64,000 nucleotides of DNA. Origin: Macrostomum lignano. Taxonomy: Eukaryota. The notes below the pieces were generated by a model, which saw nothing but the letters and a program-made list of their open reading frames with translations, was not told the origin of the DNA and made no database searches. How positions within the stretch are numbered: position 1 is the first letter of the stretch; every line of letters begins with the position of its first letter. The stretch is taken from positions 58,318-122,317 of the forward strand of contig NIVC01001579.1 of assembly GCA_002269645.1 (NCBI GenBank). Reading direction: 5' to 3'. This document shows, piece by piece, positions 11,570 through 24,000 of this stretch. The position numbers and the translations under genes are program-made.

Positions 11570-13721
11570 TCAGTCTGAGTCGTACTCAACTGTCACCTTT
11601 GCTCGCTTCCTCGGCGGCGCGATGGCAGCCGCTCCTCTACTGCTGAGGGTCAGTTTCTGGCGCACCGGCGGCTCCTCTTCCTCGCCCTCCTCCTGCTGCT
11701 CCTGGATGTCTTCGATCTCCTCTTCAGATTCGTCAAAATCTTCCACGTATTCGGTTTCGCTTTCGGACTCGTCCTCCTCTTCTTCTTCAGACTCCTCGTC
11801 GTCCTCCTCGTCTTCAACTTCAACGGCCTGCAACGCTTTCTCGTAGGCGGCCCGGTCTACGTTGACGAACTCCTCGGGGTTGGCGGCCCGCAGCCTATCC
11901 AGCATCTCCTTCTCGATGGCGGTCTCCAGGCCGGCCCGAACCAGAGCCTTATCCTCTCGTCGACGTTCGCGACGTTCAACTTTGCGCGACAGCGGCACGA
12001 GCTTCGTCTCGGAGGTGAGCACCAGCCTGCGGCTGCGCTTCTGCACCTCAAGTAGGCGGTCGAATCTAAAAAAGGGGACGGGGCAAGGATCGCGAGGTAG
12101 CGGGCTTTTTGCAAAGTTGTTTACAATGCAGTGCACCCACAGACAGTGCACCCACAGACAGTGCACCCACAGACAGGGCACCTACAGACAGTGCACCCAC
12201 AGACAGTGCAGCACCTACAGGCAGGGCACCCACAGACAGTGCACCCACAGACAGTGCAGCACCTACAGGCAGGGCACCCACAGACAGTGCACGCACAAAC
12301 AGTGCAGCACCTACAGGCAGGGCACCCACAGACAGTGCACCCACAAACAGTGCAGCACCTACAGGCAGGGCACCCACAGACAGTGCACCCACAAACAGTG
12401 CAGCACCTACAGGCAGGGCACCCACAGACAGTGCACCCACAAACAGTGCAGCACCTACAGGCAGGGCACCCACAGACAGTGCACCCACAAACAGTGCAGC
12501 ACCTACAGGCAGGGCACCCACAGACAGTGCACCCACAAACAGTGCAGCACCTACAGGCAGGGCACCCACAGACAGTGCACCCACAAACAGTGCAGCACCT
12601 ACAGGCAGGGCACCCACAGACAGTGCACCCACAAACAGTGCAGCACCTACAGGCAGGGCACCCACAGACAGTGCACCCACAAACAGTGCAGCACCTACAG
12701 GCAGGGCACCCACAGACAGTGCACCCACAAACAGTGCAGCACCTACAGGCAGGGCACCCACAGACAGTGCACCCACAAACAGTGCAGCACCTACAGGCAG
12801 GGCACCCACAGACAGTGCACCCACAAACAGTGCAGCACCTACAGGCAGGGCACCCACAGACAGTGCACCCACAAACAGTGCAGCACCTACAGGCAGGGCA
12901 CCCACAGACAGTGCACCCACAAACAGTGCAGCACCTACAGGCAGGGCACCCACAGACAGTGCACCCACAAACAGTGCAGCACCTACAGGCAGGGCACCCA
13001 CAGACAGTGCACCCACAAACAGTGCAGCACCTACAGGCAGGGCACCCACAGACAGTGCACCCACAGACAGTGCAGCACCTACAGACAGTGCACCCACAGA
13101 CAGTGCAGCACCTACAGACAGTGCACCCACAGACAGTGCAGCACCTAAAGGCAGGGCACGACAGACAGTGCACCCACAGACAGGGCAATACAGACAGGGC
13201 ACCCACAGACAGGGCACCCACAGACAGGGCACCACAGACAGTGGACCAGGCAGGGCACCACAGACGGCACCAGACAGTGCACCCACAGACAGTGCACCCA
13301 TAGACAGTGTACGCACAGACAGTGCACCCACAGACAGGGCACCCACATACAGTGCACCGCAGACAGGGCAATACAGACAGGGCACCCACCTGGCAATAAC
13401 CCTCCGTCGAATCCAATTGTTCCAATAGATAAGCTTCTCTTTAATCTGGCCAATGGCCCGCTCGTAGTTTCGATGCAGTTTAACTCGCTCCCACATCTTG
13501 GCCGGCAGGTGGGCCCGCTCGGCCACCTTCATGTAGAGATAGATGACGCCGTCCTCCTCTCGGACGGTGGCATACTGGGAGTTGGCCAGCGGGCAAGAGT
13601 GCCGATTGCACAAGCCGGTCAAGTTGTACTCATTTCGACAAAACTTTGACGTTTTAGTCTTGGTCATAAAACTGCAGAAGCTGTTGTTTATAATCTGCCA
13701 TATTAAATCGTCGCTGTTCAT
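11570..13721 (-). CDS. MAK16: MAK16 ribosome biogenesis protein, 275 aa. Exons 13721-13390 and 12065-11570
   Basis: [17 protein letters not shown]...[41 protein letters not shown], then [21 protein letters not shown]...IEKEMLDRL and an acidic tail. The phase-2 GT-AG intron rejoins IAR|FDR. Confidence 0.95.
12127..13389. repeat. 48-bp higher-order minisatellite built from 15/18/15-bp subunits (GCACCCACAGACAGT core), filling the MAK16 intron
   Basis: 16-aa periodic translations in several frames; the array starts at the donor dinucleotide. Confidence 0.95.
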
Positions 13722-16012
13722 GGCCGCTGCATAAGTGACAAGAGACCAGGTTTCATCAGTCCGCTAATATAGTAAGTCTTGGCTAGCGGCACAAATATCA
13801 AGAGACAGGTCTTTGATTAGACAGCCATTGCCCACTTATGTTAGCCTGTCACTCTTCATAGCTAGGCGAAGGCCCATCCTTGCCTCCTCAAGAGCAGGCC
13901 ATTGAGTATGGCAGTACTGAATGCTATTCTATGACAGGTGTAGGTGTAGTGCAAATCATCCATACAGCTATGAAAGCTATGCGGCCATCAACCCACTAAT
14001 TGGTTGGTAGTTTTATGGGCAACTCTTGCAAGAATTTGCTGATAAATGTGAATATACTGGTTCTAATCCAAGTATTGAATAAATTGATTTGCAATATGCA
14101 TTGAATTAACTTGCAACATTAAAAAAATATTCTTTATCTTTAATTAAAGGAACTTTTTATGCTCTTACAAAAAGTCAACATTTGCACTTGAATTATGAAT
14201 GCAGCTGAATCAATAAATACAATGAGAATGATGCCTAGAAGCATGCCTTTTTTCTTTCTCTGGCTAGTCATAGAGAAGTTGAGTTTAAAGAAGATAAACT
14301 GGTTATGACAAGCAATAGCTCCAATGCAATATGTGGAACAATGAGCAAGATACTCATTGTTCCACATAGATTTCTATGCTTTACAATTAGCTTTAGGACC
14401 ATAAGACTTATTGCAATAATTAAAATTAACAAAAACTAGAATAGTAAAGAACATTTAATAGTTAAGAACAAAATTGCATTGATGAGTATTATATTTATTA
14501 ACAATGCTGTTTGATTAAAAAAAGAGTTTTTTTGCAAAAATGTGCAATATGACATCCATTATACTAAAAAAATAAAAAACTAATATTAACAATATGAAAA
14601 ATATTTACTATTCTAAATAGTAAATAAATAAAACATATTATTTTTTATAAAACATTTATAACAATAAACAATAAACAATAACAATAAATTTATAAATATT
14701 TATTAGTTTATAAAACATATAAATAAATAAAACTAAATAGTAAAAAAATAAATAGTTTTAAAGCATAGAATTAGTGCTTACTTAGGCTTAGGTAAGTCCC
14801 TTCAAAGAAGTTTTTTTACTCAAAATAGTTCATAGATTAAATTCTTGGAGTCAAAATAATTTAACAAATGAAACTTGACAATTGCTAGATTAAAGTGTGT
14901 GGCTAAAGTAAATAACTTCTTGATACCAAAATGAACTATTGCCAATGCCAAAAAGACTGACAACAATGATATAAGTAAACCTATATAAATAGTGTGCAGT
15001 GATCTTGTCTGTCACCATTTTGTCTAGTGCCAGATGAAACAACTTTTTCTAGTATGAATAGGATGTGAGGCAAGCCACATTAGTTTATGGCAGATGGACT
15101 TGAGTGAAGTAAAATAAAAATATATAATTTATAAGTTTCAATAGAAGTTATAAAAATCTGTGCACAAGTTTGTACAACACCTTTTAGAATAGTGATTTTG
15201 TCTACTATGCTTTAGAATATGCTCAATTATATGTGTAGTCCTATATATAAATGTATATTCAATATGCACTTTATTGTGTATATATAAAAATGACACATGC
15301 ATAATAAACATACCCACTAAACTAATTATTGCAATCTACAATTACAGTTTAGAATGGGGAAAAGTCAAATTAATAACTGGACTCATGCTGTTTATGGCCA
15401 CCCACTTTTGAAAAGGCTTTAGACTATATTCCAAGAGTTGGTTGACTAGATTGTGTTGAATTTGGTATGTTTTATATATTGTCAATTAGAAGTGGCAATC
15501 CAAAGTTTTCTAATTTGGTTTTGTCAATAAAGTAAGTGAATTAATTGCATGTTTACATGTTGTTAGCATAAGGCAACAAGCTTTGCAGTGAAACAAATTT
15601 AACAAGTGGCAACATCTAAAGTAGTGCTCTTTTTCTAAAATGTAATACTCATTTACAATATAGTATACTTTTATAATGCCATGGTTGTAGCCTGCCAGTT
15701 CATAGAAAATACTGTATTTGAATTATTGCTAAAAATTCTTTTTTAATTTGTGATATAAAATAATATTTTCCAAATATTTTGTTCAAAATGTGTTTCCAAA
15801 AATAGTATAAATAGAATGCAAATTGGAGTGGAGCAGACAACTTATGTATATATTTGTTTTTAACTAGAAACTGTAAGCTTAAATCTTCCAACATTTGAAA
15901 AGTTAACCAAATTTGCACTGCATTCCTTAAAAAGGCTTAAATCACTTCTAGACTAGGCCTATAAGAAAATCCCAACACTGGGAGAATTGAAAACTGCTAA
16001 AAGCAAGAATTA

Positions 16013-17823
16013 TACGTGTATGACTTTTTCCGTCGGCTATTCCGCCGCATAATTCTGTCGGATATTGCGTCGAATAATGTGCATCAATCTACAAGAATTT
16101 CTGGGATGATATAAAAACATTATCCAATGGAATAAGTGACAGAATTACTGAAGGAATAAACATACATGTTATACTGCTCTCTGCACTGATCAGCTTGCAC
16201 AAATTATCTGACGGAATAAGTGACGGAATTACTGACGGAATTACTGAAGGAATAAACATACATGCTATACTGCTCTCTGCACTGATCAGCTTGCACAAAT
16301 TATCTGACGGAATAAGTGACGGAATTACTGACAGAATTACTGAAGGAATAAACATACATGCTATACTGCTCTCCGCACTGATCAATTTGCACCAATTATT
16401 CGGCGGAATAAATAGTTGTGACGGAATTACTGACAGATTACTGACGAGATGAACCTACATATTTCTCTCTGCACCGATCAATGCTTAAATTATCCGACTG
16501 AGTACCAGAATTACTGGCATTAGCAATGTCTATATACATGTACATGTAAACGAAATTTTAAAGTGCTGGTATGCAAAGTTGTAAAAAACGAGTGGGAAAG
16601 TTACTTGTCTGTTTCAATTAATTAGAAATCTTGATAAAATTGTTTTCTACAGTTAAGGAACCAATTTGGCGCATTTTTTAAATGGCGCATATGCTGGGAA
16701 AACACGAAGTCACGAATCTGAATTTTGATCGATTTGCATATACTGTACTGCATGTTTCATGTAACTTTGTAGGTCTGAGTTTGTTATTAACAAAACAGAT
16801 GATGCAAATGTAACACGCATGTCAACAAATCTTTTTTGTTGGAATTTTAGCTTTAGGAAAAAACAGAGAATCTAGGAAATAAATTATTTCCTAACTCTCA
16901 TACCTACACTATTTTTTGTGTCGAGAAAAAGTATTTTTTAAGACTTGTCACCTGTTGTTATGATAAACTATCATTTTGATCAATTTATTATTTAACCTTA
17001 TTTGAAGCTACGTAACTTTTACTCCAACTTGATACGTTACTGTGACGTTACCAAAAAAACGTAACTCTTAAATACTAAAAAATGTCAGTTTTAAAGTATT
17101 AAAATGACTGAATTCGTTTGGCGCTATAATAAAAAGTAATTTTAAGTACCTTTTAAACACGAAAAACATATCTGCTTGTTTGTTTTTTAAAAACATATTT
17201 GAGACCTATCTGATACGTCCGATTGTTATTTGGGAGAGAGCAGGAGGTTCATCTTGTCAGTAATTCCATCAGTAGTTCCATCACTTATTCCGTCAGATAA
17301 TTTAAGCATTGATCGGTGCAGAGAGCAGTGAGGTTCATCCCGTCAGTAATTCCGTCAGTAGTTCCATCACTTATTCCATCGGATAATTTAAGCATTGATC
17401 GGTGCAGAGAGCAGTGAGGTTCATCCCGTCAGTAATTCTGTCAGTAGTTCCGTCACTTATTCCGTCGGATAATTTAAGCATTGATTGGTGCAGAGAGCAG
17501 TGAGGTTCATCCCATCAGTAATTCCGTCAGTAGTTTTGTCACTTATTCCGTTGGATAATTTAAGCATTGATCAGTGCAGAGAGCAGTGAGGTTCATCCTG
17601 TCAGTAATTCCTTCAGTAGTTCCGTCACTTATTCCGTTGGATAATTTAAGCATTGATCGGTGCAGAAAGCAGTGAGGTTCATCCCATCAGTAATTCCGTC
17701 GGATATTCAGTCGGATAATGTTTTATATATCTCAGATAGTCTCGTAGATTGATGCACATTATTTGACGGAATATCCGACAGAATTATGCAGTGGAATATC
17801 CGACGGAAAAAGTCACACACGTA
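16013..17823. mobile_element. Non-autonomous foldback DNA transposon (MITE), TAC..GTA ends, about 110-bp imperfect TIRs, 6-bp TSD GAATTA; IS3EU-like ends
   Basis: Left end TACGTGTATGACTTTTTCCGTCGG; right end reverse complement TACGTGTGTGACTTTTTCCGTCGG. GAATTA at 16007-16012 and 17824-17829. Inverted subterminal repeat arrays at 16120-16510 and 17250-17710. No transposase ORF. Confidence 0.85.
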
Positions 17824-20800
17824 GAATTATCTTAGTATTTTGAAATAATCATCTTAAAATAGTACAAATGCCTAGATGCTGTGACCCTCTGATCCTGGGA
17901 AATCCTGGATGAAAGAATTTCCCTTTATAATAATAAATAAAATCTAGGAATAAAAAAAGGTTCAGTGCCAAAAAACTGCTTAGGCTGCTATATATACTAC
18001 AAATAGATAAATAAAAATGCTGCTAATAAGAACATTCATATTGTGGTAGGTGGGGCTATCACATTTTTCTCTCCTAGGTTTGGTTGGTATGCCCTAACTG
18101 GTGTTTCAATTTCTATGCATGAATATTTAACCTTGCAAAAAGATGCATAATTTGCATGTTCTTTGGACTTTGGTTTTCTTTGCTTGGACTTTTGCTTTAG
18201 TGTTTTATTAAAACTTCCCACTTTTCTGTTGTAATAACCTTGCTAATTGGCCTACTTTTCTACTTTGTCTTAGGCCTACCTTTGTTTCTTATCTGTGCAG
18301 TTCATTAGGCCCTAGTCTACGAAACCTAATAATACCCATTTAATTATTTATTCTACACCCTGGTACATTGGATTTTATCTCAATTGTTGGTAGCAGCTCT
18401 TTTATAATCAAGCATTAATAACTCTTGCACAATCTGTTGACCATAAAACTTATCCCATAAATTGCATAATAATAACCAATATTTATTGTCATTAATTATG
18501 CTAATAATTTAACAAAGTGGCAACAGAAATTGGTAGGCTTAAAACTTGAAGAAAAACTAGAGAAATTACAATTACATTTATAGGCTTGTGTTATTAATGC
18601 TAATTGTTGATTAAGATGAATATAGGACTAGCATTGGCTAGCAATAAACCTTTACAGCTTTATATGATAGACTTAAACAGTTAAACTTAATAGTTGGGCT
18701 ACATTGAAATGAAATATATCAAGTAATTGACACCAAATCAAGTAACTATTAAGGCCTAGGGCAAGTAAAATTATAACAGCCAAACAGTAGCACTAGATTC
18801 GTCTTTTGGTTAGTAAATGGTCGGTCAATTTTATGAAGGATATCTAATCTATATAACTATATTTAGGCCCTAATAGCTATAGGCTGATAAAAATTTGATT
18901 TTGCCTGTATAATAAAATATATAATTTACTAAAATTGCTAAAATATTTAAATGTCATGATGCAACGTTATTGGAGTACGAACCATAAAAAACATGATAAC
19001 TACAAGCGAATAATTACAATTTCTGTTCTGACTTCTGATGCTTTCATAAGAAGAGACGCAAGTTGATAATTTTTATGTTTTCTTGGAAAAAACATTTTAA
19101 ACTTATTCGAAAATTCAATTTTTTATACGTAATGATGAGCTCTTCAACTATGAAAAGCAATGGACTAATGGACTAATGGATCTAACACGCTAAAAATATC
19201 GTAACCCAAAACGCAAAAACAGAAAAAAATCACATATTAGATACTGTTTTGGATTAATACCAATTTTAATTTTTTCCTTAATTTTCAGTTCTGGTAAGAA
19301 AACCATATCATTCATACATAAAACTATTTCTTAGACTCTTAGGGCTTTAACGCATTATCTTAATAAAACCGAAGGACGACTTATGAGACGAAAACCGTAA
19401 AGGCTAGAAACACTAACCCTACAAGCCTAACTTCGTATCCTAGAAAATGTAAGTTTGAGGGCTGGCTTTATATGGCTATAGCTTGTGGAATAGAATATTC
19501 CCTCTCCTCTCCCGACAGTTGTACATGTAAGTGTAATGATACAATTGTACACGTGAGTAAAATTTCGTCGATTAACAAGATTTTAACGTTAATTACGCTC
19601 GTATGGCGTACCATGCGCTAATCGCGACAAAAAAGTATGGATGATGCATGCCATCATGTACTTGTTGTATATTGTACGTACATGTACTTGATGGCTTTCG
19701 GCCCCTTTCGTGGAAGCCTTCGGGCCTCAGGTCTCAGAAATAAATCAATTAGAGTCCTGCCCCCCACTCCTGTCAGATGGTCAAGCCATCAACCCATGGT
19801 AGCTTGATCTTGTGGCGAGCAGTCTTAGGTCCTATAGCTAAGAGAGGGACAGCGAGAGACAAGCAGGGAGAATTTTGAAATAGAGATCAGCTAATCCGCA
19901 GATTAACTAACCCGCTGCCACCAGCACGTGCGTCCTGGCTCACCAAACCGGAACTTTCGAAATCGGGCTTCCGACTAGAGGGGGCTTAGCACTTACCTGC
20001 CAACTAGTGTCTTTTTTGCTGTCAATCTCGAAGTCATAGCCGATGCTAAGGGACTCTGCACTGCTGCGACTTGATCGCATTGGCCATGAAGGTACAGAGG
20101 GGACTTGTGCAGGGGATTCTTGCAGTGGCGAGACTATGGGGTAGCTACATGTACTATTACATTGCTAAATACGAGAAATTGTACTTTTGGCCTTCAACGC
20201 GCCAACTAGCCTCTCGTAGCGCTGATGATAGGCTAACTCGAACATCGGAGACCGCATGATTCATTACCCGAGCCGCCTGGCGAATCTAGAGTGCACAGAG
20301 TACATCTCTAGCGCCGATTTTGCACTATTGGCAGTTTCGCTAACTGATTTGATAGATTGATCGACTGAGAACCGCCTTGCCACCATGGTCCACTGTGACC
20401 GGCGCCTTACTAGCTTAGCTACTCAAATGTTATTGTTTCTTAACGACAGCAAAAAAGCGCATGATGTTTCCGACTTGTATTTGTGAATTGTTCCAGCTCA
20501 CTGAAACAATGTGCAAAAAAAATTAACACCAGCTCTCACGATGTGGACGGGTATCGTCTTTATGGGTGCATCGTCTATACCCTTTCCTCGCCCTCGTGGT
20601 CGCATTCAGAAATTGTCAAAGATTTAAATAATCGAAGTTTTGCGAGATCACTTTCGCTACTTCAAAACATCAAATATTTTTGCGATGAAATCGCGAGATT
20701 CGAGCTTGTGGAGCGTCTGATTTCTCATTGTGAACTGGAAGATTTAGCATTTAGCATTTCTTATTTAAACGCACCTTTTACCAATTTATTTTTCAACAAC

Positions 20801-21059
20801 AAGGTATACGCTTGGTTTTTAATTTAAACAAAACTTTTTGCAGTTTAAAATCACAATTACGCTGTTATTTTAAACTTTAGATAGCACACGAAAGGACCAA
20901 TATATAGTTGAATTTTTTCTTAAAAGAAACTCGCGTCTCAACAATTGCTAAGGAAATTTTGAAGATAATAAACCATAAACCACAGGAGCAAGTCTAACTA
21001 TTCAGTCTGCAGTAATCACTCCCTACATGCTCTGCTAATGTAACTTCAAACTGTCAAGT

Positions 21060-24000
21060 CTACGACACGACCCGCGTCTCGCTGGCCACCTTCTTGACCT
21101 CCTCTGGCGAGGCCTCCTTGTTGCTGAAGCTGCAGCGGATCTCCCGGCCGTGCCGGCTCATCACAGGCCGGAAGTTGTCCACCATTGGGCGCTTCTTGGC
21201 TTTGTCGAAAAAGGTCTTGGTGAACTTCAGCAGCTGGAGGAGGCGCATCGAGGGGTCAGGGGTTCGTTAGCTGTAGCTAATTGTACATTGGGTGTGTTGT
21301 ACAATTGTATGCATCCTGATCTACAGCCTGATGTACAGCCTGATCTACAGCTTGATCTACAGCCTGATCTACAGCCTGATCTACAGCCTGATCTACAGCC
21401 TGATCTACAGCCTGATCTACAGCCTGATCTACAGCCTGATCTACAGCCTGATGTACAGCTTGATCTACAGCTTGATCTACAGCCTGATCTATAGCCTGAT
21501 TTACAGCCTGATCTACAGCCTAATCTACAGCCTGATCTACAGCTTGATCTACAGCCTGATCTACAGCCTGATGTACAGCCTGATCTATAGCTTGATCTAC
21601 AGCCTGATCTACTACAGCCTGAACTACAGCCTGATCTATAGCCTGATCTACAGCCTGATCTACAGCTTGATCTACAGCCTGATCTATAGCTTGATCTACA
21701 GCCTGATCTACTACAGCCTGAACTACAGCCTGATCTATAGCCTGATCTACAGCCTGATCTACAGCCTGATGTACAGCCTGATCTACAGCCTGATGTACAG
21801 CCTGATCTACAGCCTGATTCATACCCAGATCTATAGCCTGATATGCACTATAAAGCCTGGTCTACAGCTGATCTACAGCTGATCTATAGCTTGATCTACA
21901 GCCTGATCTACAGCCTGATCTACAGCCTGATCTACAAGCCTGATCTACATAGCCTGGTCTACAGCTGATCTACAGCTGATCTACAGCTGATCTACAGCTT
22001 GATCTACAGCCTGGTCTACAGCTGATCTATAGCCTGATCTATAGCCTGATCTATAGCCTGATCTACAGCCTGATCTACAGCCTGATGTACAGCCTGATCT
22101 ACAACCTGATCTACAGTCTGATGTACAGCCTGATCTACAGCCTGATCTACAACCTGATCTACAGTCTGATGTACAGCCTGATCTACAGCCTGATCTACAA
22201 TCCTGATCTACAGTCTGATGTACAGCCTGATCTACAGCCTGATCTACAACCTGATCTACAGTCTGATGTACAGCCTGATCTACAGCCTGATCTACAATCC
22301 TGATCTACAGTCTGATGTACAGCCTGATCTACAGCCTGATCTACAACCTGATCTACAGTCTGATGTACAGCCTGATCTACAGCCTGATCTACAGTCTGAT
22401 GTACAGCCTGATCTACAGCCTGATCTACAACCTGATCTACAGTCTGATGTACAGCCTGATCTACAGCCTGATTTATACCCTGATCTATAGCCTGATATGC
22501 ACTATAAAGCCTGGTCTACAGCTGATCTACAGCCTGATCTACAGCCTGGTCTACAGCTGATCTATAGCCTGATCTATAGCCTGATCTATAGCCTGATCTA
22601 CAGCCTGATCTACAGCCTGATCTACAGCCTGATCTACAACCTGATCTACAGTCTGATGTACAGCCTGATCTACAGCCTGATCTACAATCCTGATCTACAG
22701 TCTGATGTACAGCCTGATCTACAGCCTGATCTACAACCTGATCTACAGTCTGATGTACAGCCTGATCTACAGCCTGATCTACAGTCTGATGTACAGCCTG
22801 ATCTACAGCCTGATCTACAACCTGATCTACAGTCTGATGTACAGCCTGATCTACAGCCTGATTTATACCCTGATCTATAGCCTGATATGCACTATAAAGC
22901 CTGGTCTACAGCTGATCTACAGCCTGATCTACAGCCTGGTCTACAGCTGATCTATAGCCTGATCTATAGCCTGATCTATAGCCTGATCTACAGCCTGATC
23001 TACAGCCTGATCTACAGCCTGATCTACAACCTGATCTACAGTCTGATGTACAGCCTGATCTACAGCCTGATCTACAATCCTGATCTACAGTCTGATGTAC
23101 AGCCTGATCTACAGCCTGATCTACAACCTGATCTACAGTCTGATGTACAGCCTGATCTACAGCCTGATTTATACCCTGATCTATAGCCTGATATGCACTA
23201 TAAAGCCTGGTCTACAGCTGATCTACAGCCTGATCTACAGCCTGGTCTACAGCTGATCTATAGCCTGATCTATAGCCTGATCTATAGCCTGATCTACAGC
23301 CTGATCTACAGCCTGATCTACAGCCTGATCTACAAACCTGATCTACAGCTGATCTACAGCTGATCTATTAGCTTGATCTATAGCTTCATCTATAGCCTAC
23401 AATAGGAAGAACTGTTTTGCGACTGCTCAACAAGGCTGAGAATCCTCATCAAAAATGACCAAACCGCTCACCAGCTCCTTCCGGATCTTCATGGAGTCGG
23501 TGAAGAGATGCCACTGCGCCACCGGGTTGCAGCTTGGGGTAGTGAAGGCGCCGTCGTAGTTCACGAACCGGTGCAGGCTCTCCGGCAGCAGGTCACGGAG
23601 CTGCAGCTCGACCGTCTCCACATCTGAGGAGTGCAGGTGGCTGCTTTGAGACGGGCTGCTCATGGAGTGCGTATGGATGCTCCACTGGGTCTTGGAGTGC
23701 TAAACTGGATCTTGGAGTGCTCAACTGGGTCTTGGAGTGCTCAACTGGGTCTTGGAGTGCTCAACTGGGTCTTGAAGTGCTCAATCGGATCTTGGAGTGC
23801 TCAACTGGGTAATGGAGTGCTCAACTGGGTCTTGAAGTGCTCAACTGAATCTTGGAGTGCTCAACTGGGTCATAGAGTGCTCAACTGGGTCATAGAGTGC
23901 TCAACTGAGTCTTGGAGTGCTCAACTGGGTCATAGAGTGCTCAACTGAGTCTTGGAGTGCTCAACTGGGTCTTGAAGTGCTCAACTGAATCTTGGAGTGC

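Noticed and set aside
11862-13428. 400-550 aa Cys-rich, PT-rich and mucin-like ORFs
   Set aside because: Translations of the 48-bp array inside the MAK16 intron
19685-19740. TTCG/GAAA hairpins resembling a hammerhead ribozyme on the minus strand
   Set aside because: No intact CUGANGA core and stems I and III cannot be formed
20483-20827. 114-aa ORF
   Set aside because: No domain; the DNA resembles non-coding subterminal transposon sequence, and no TIR pair was found
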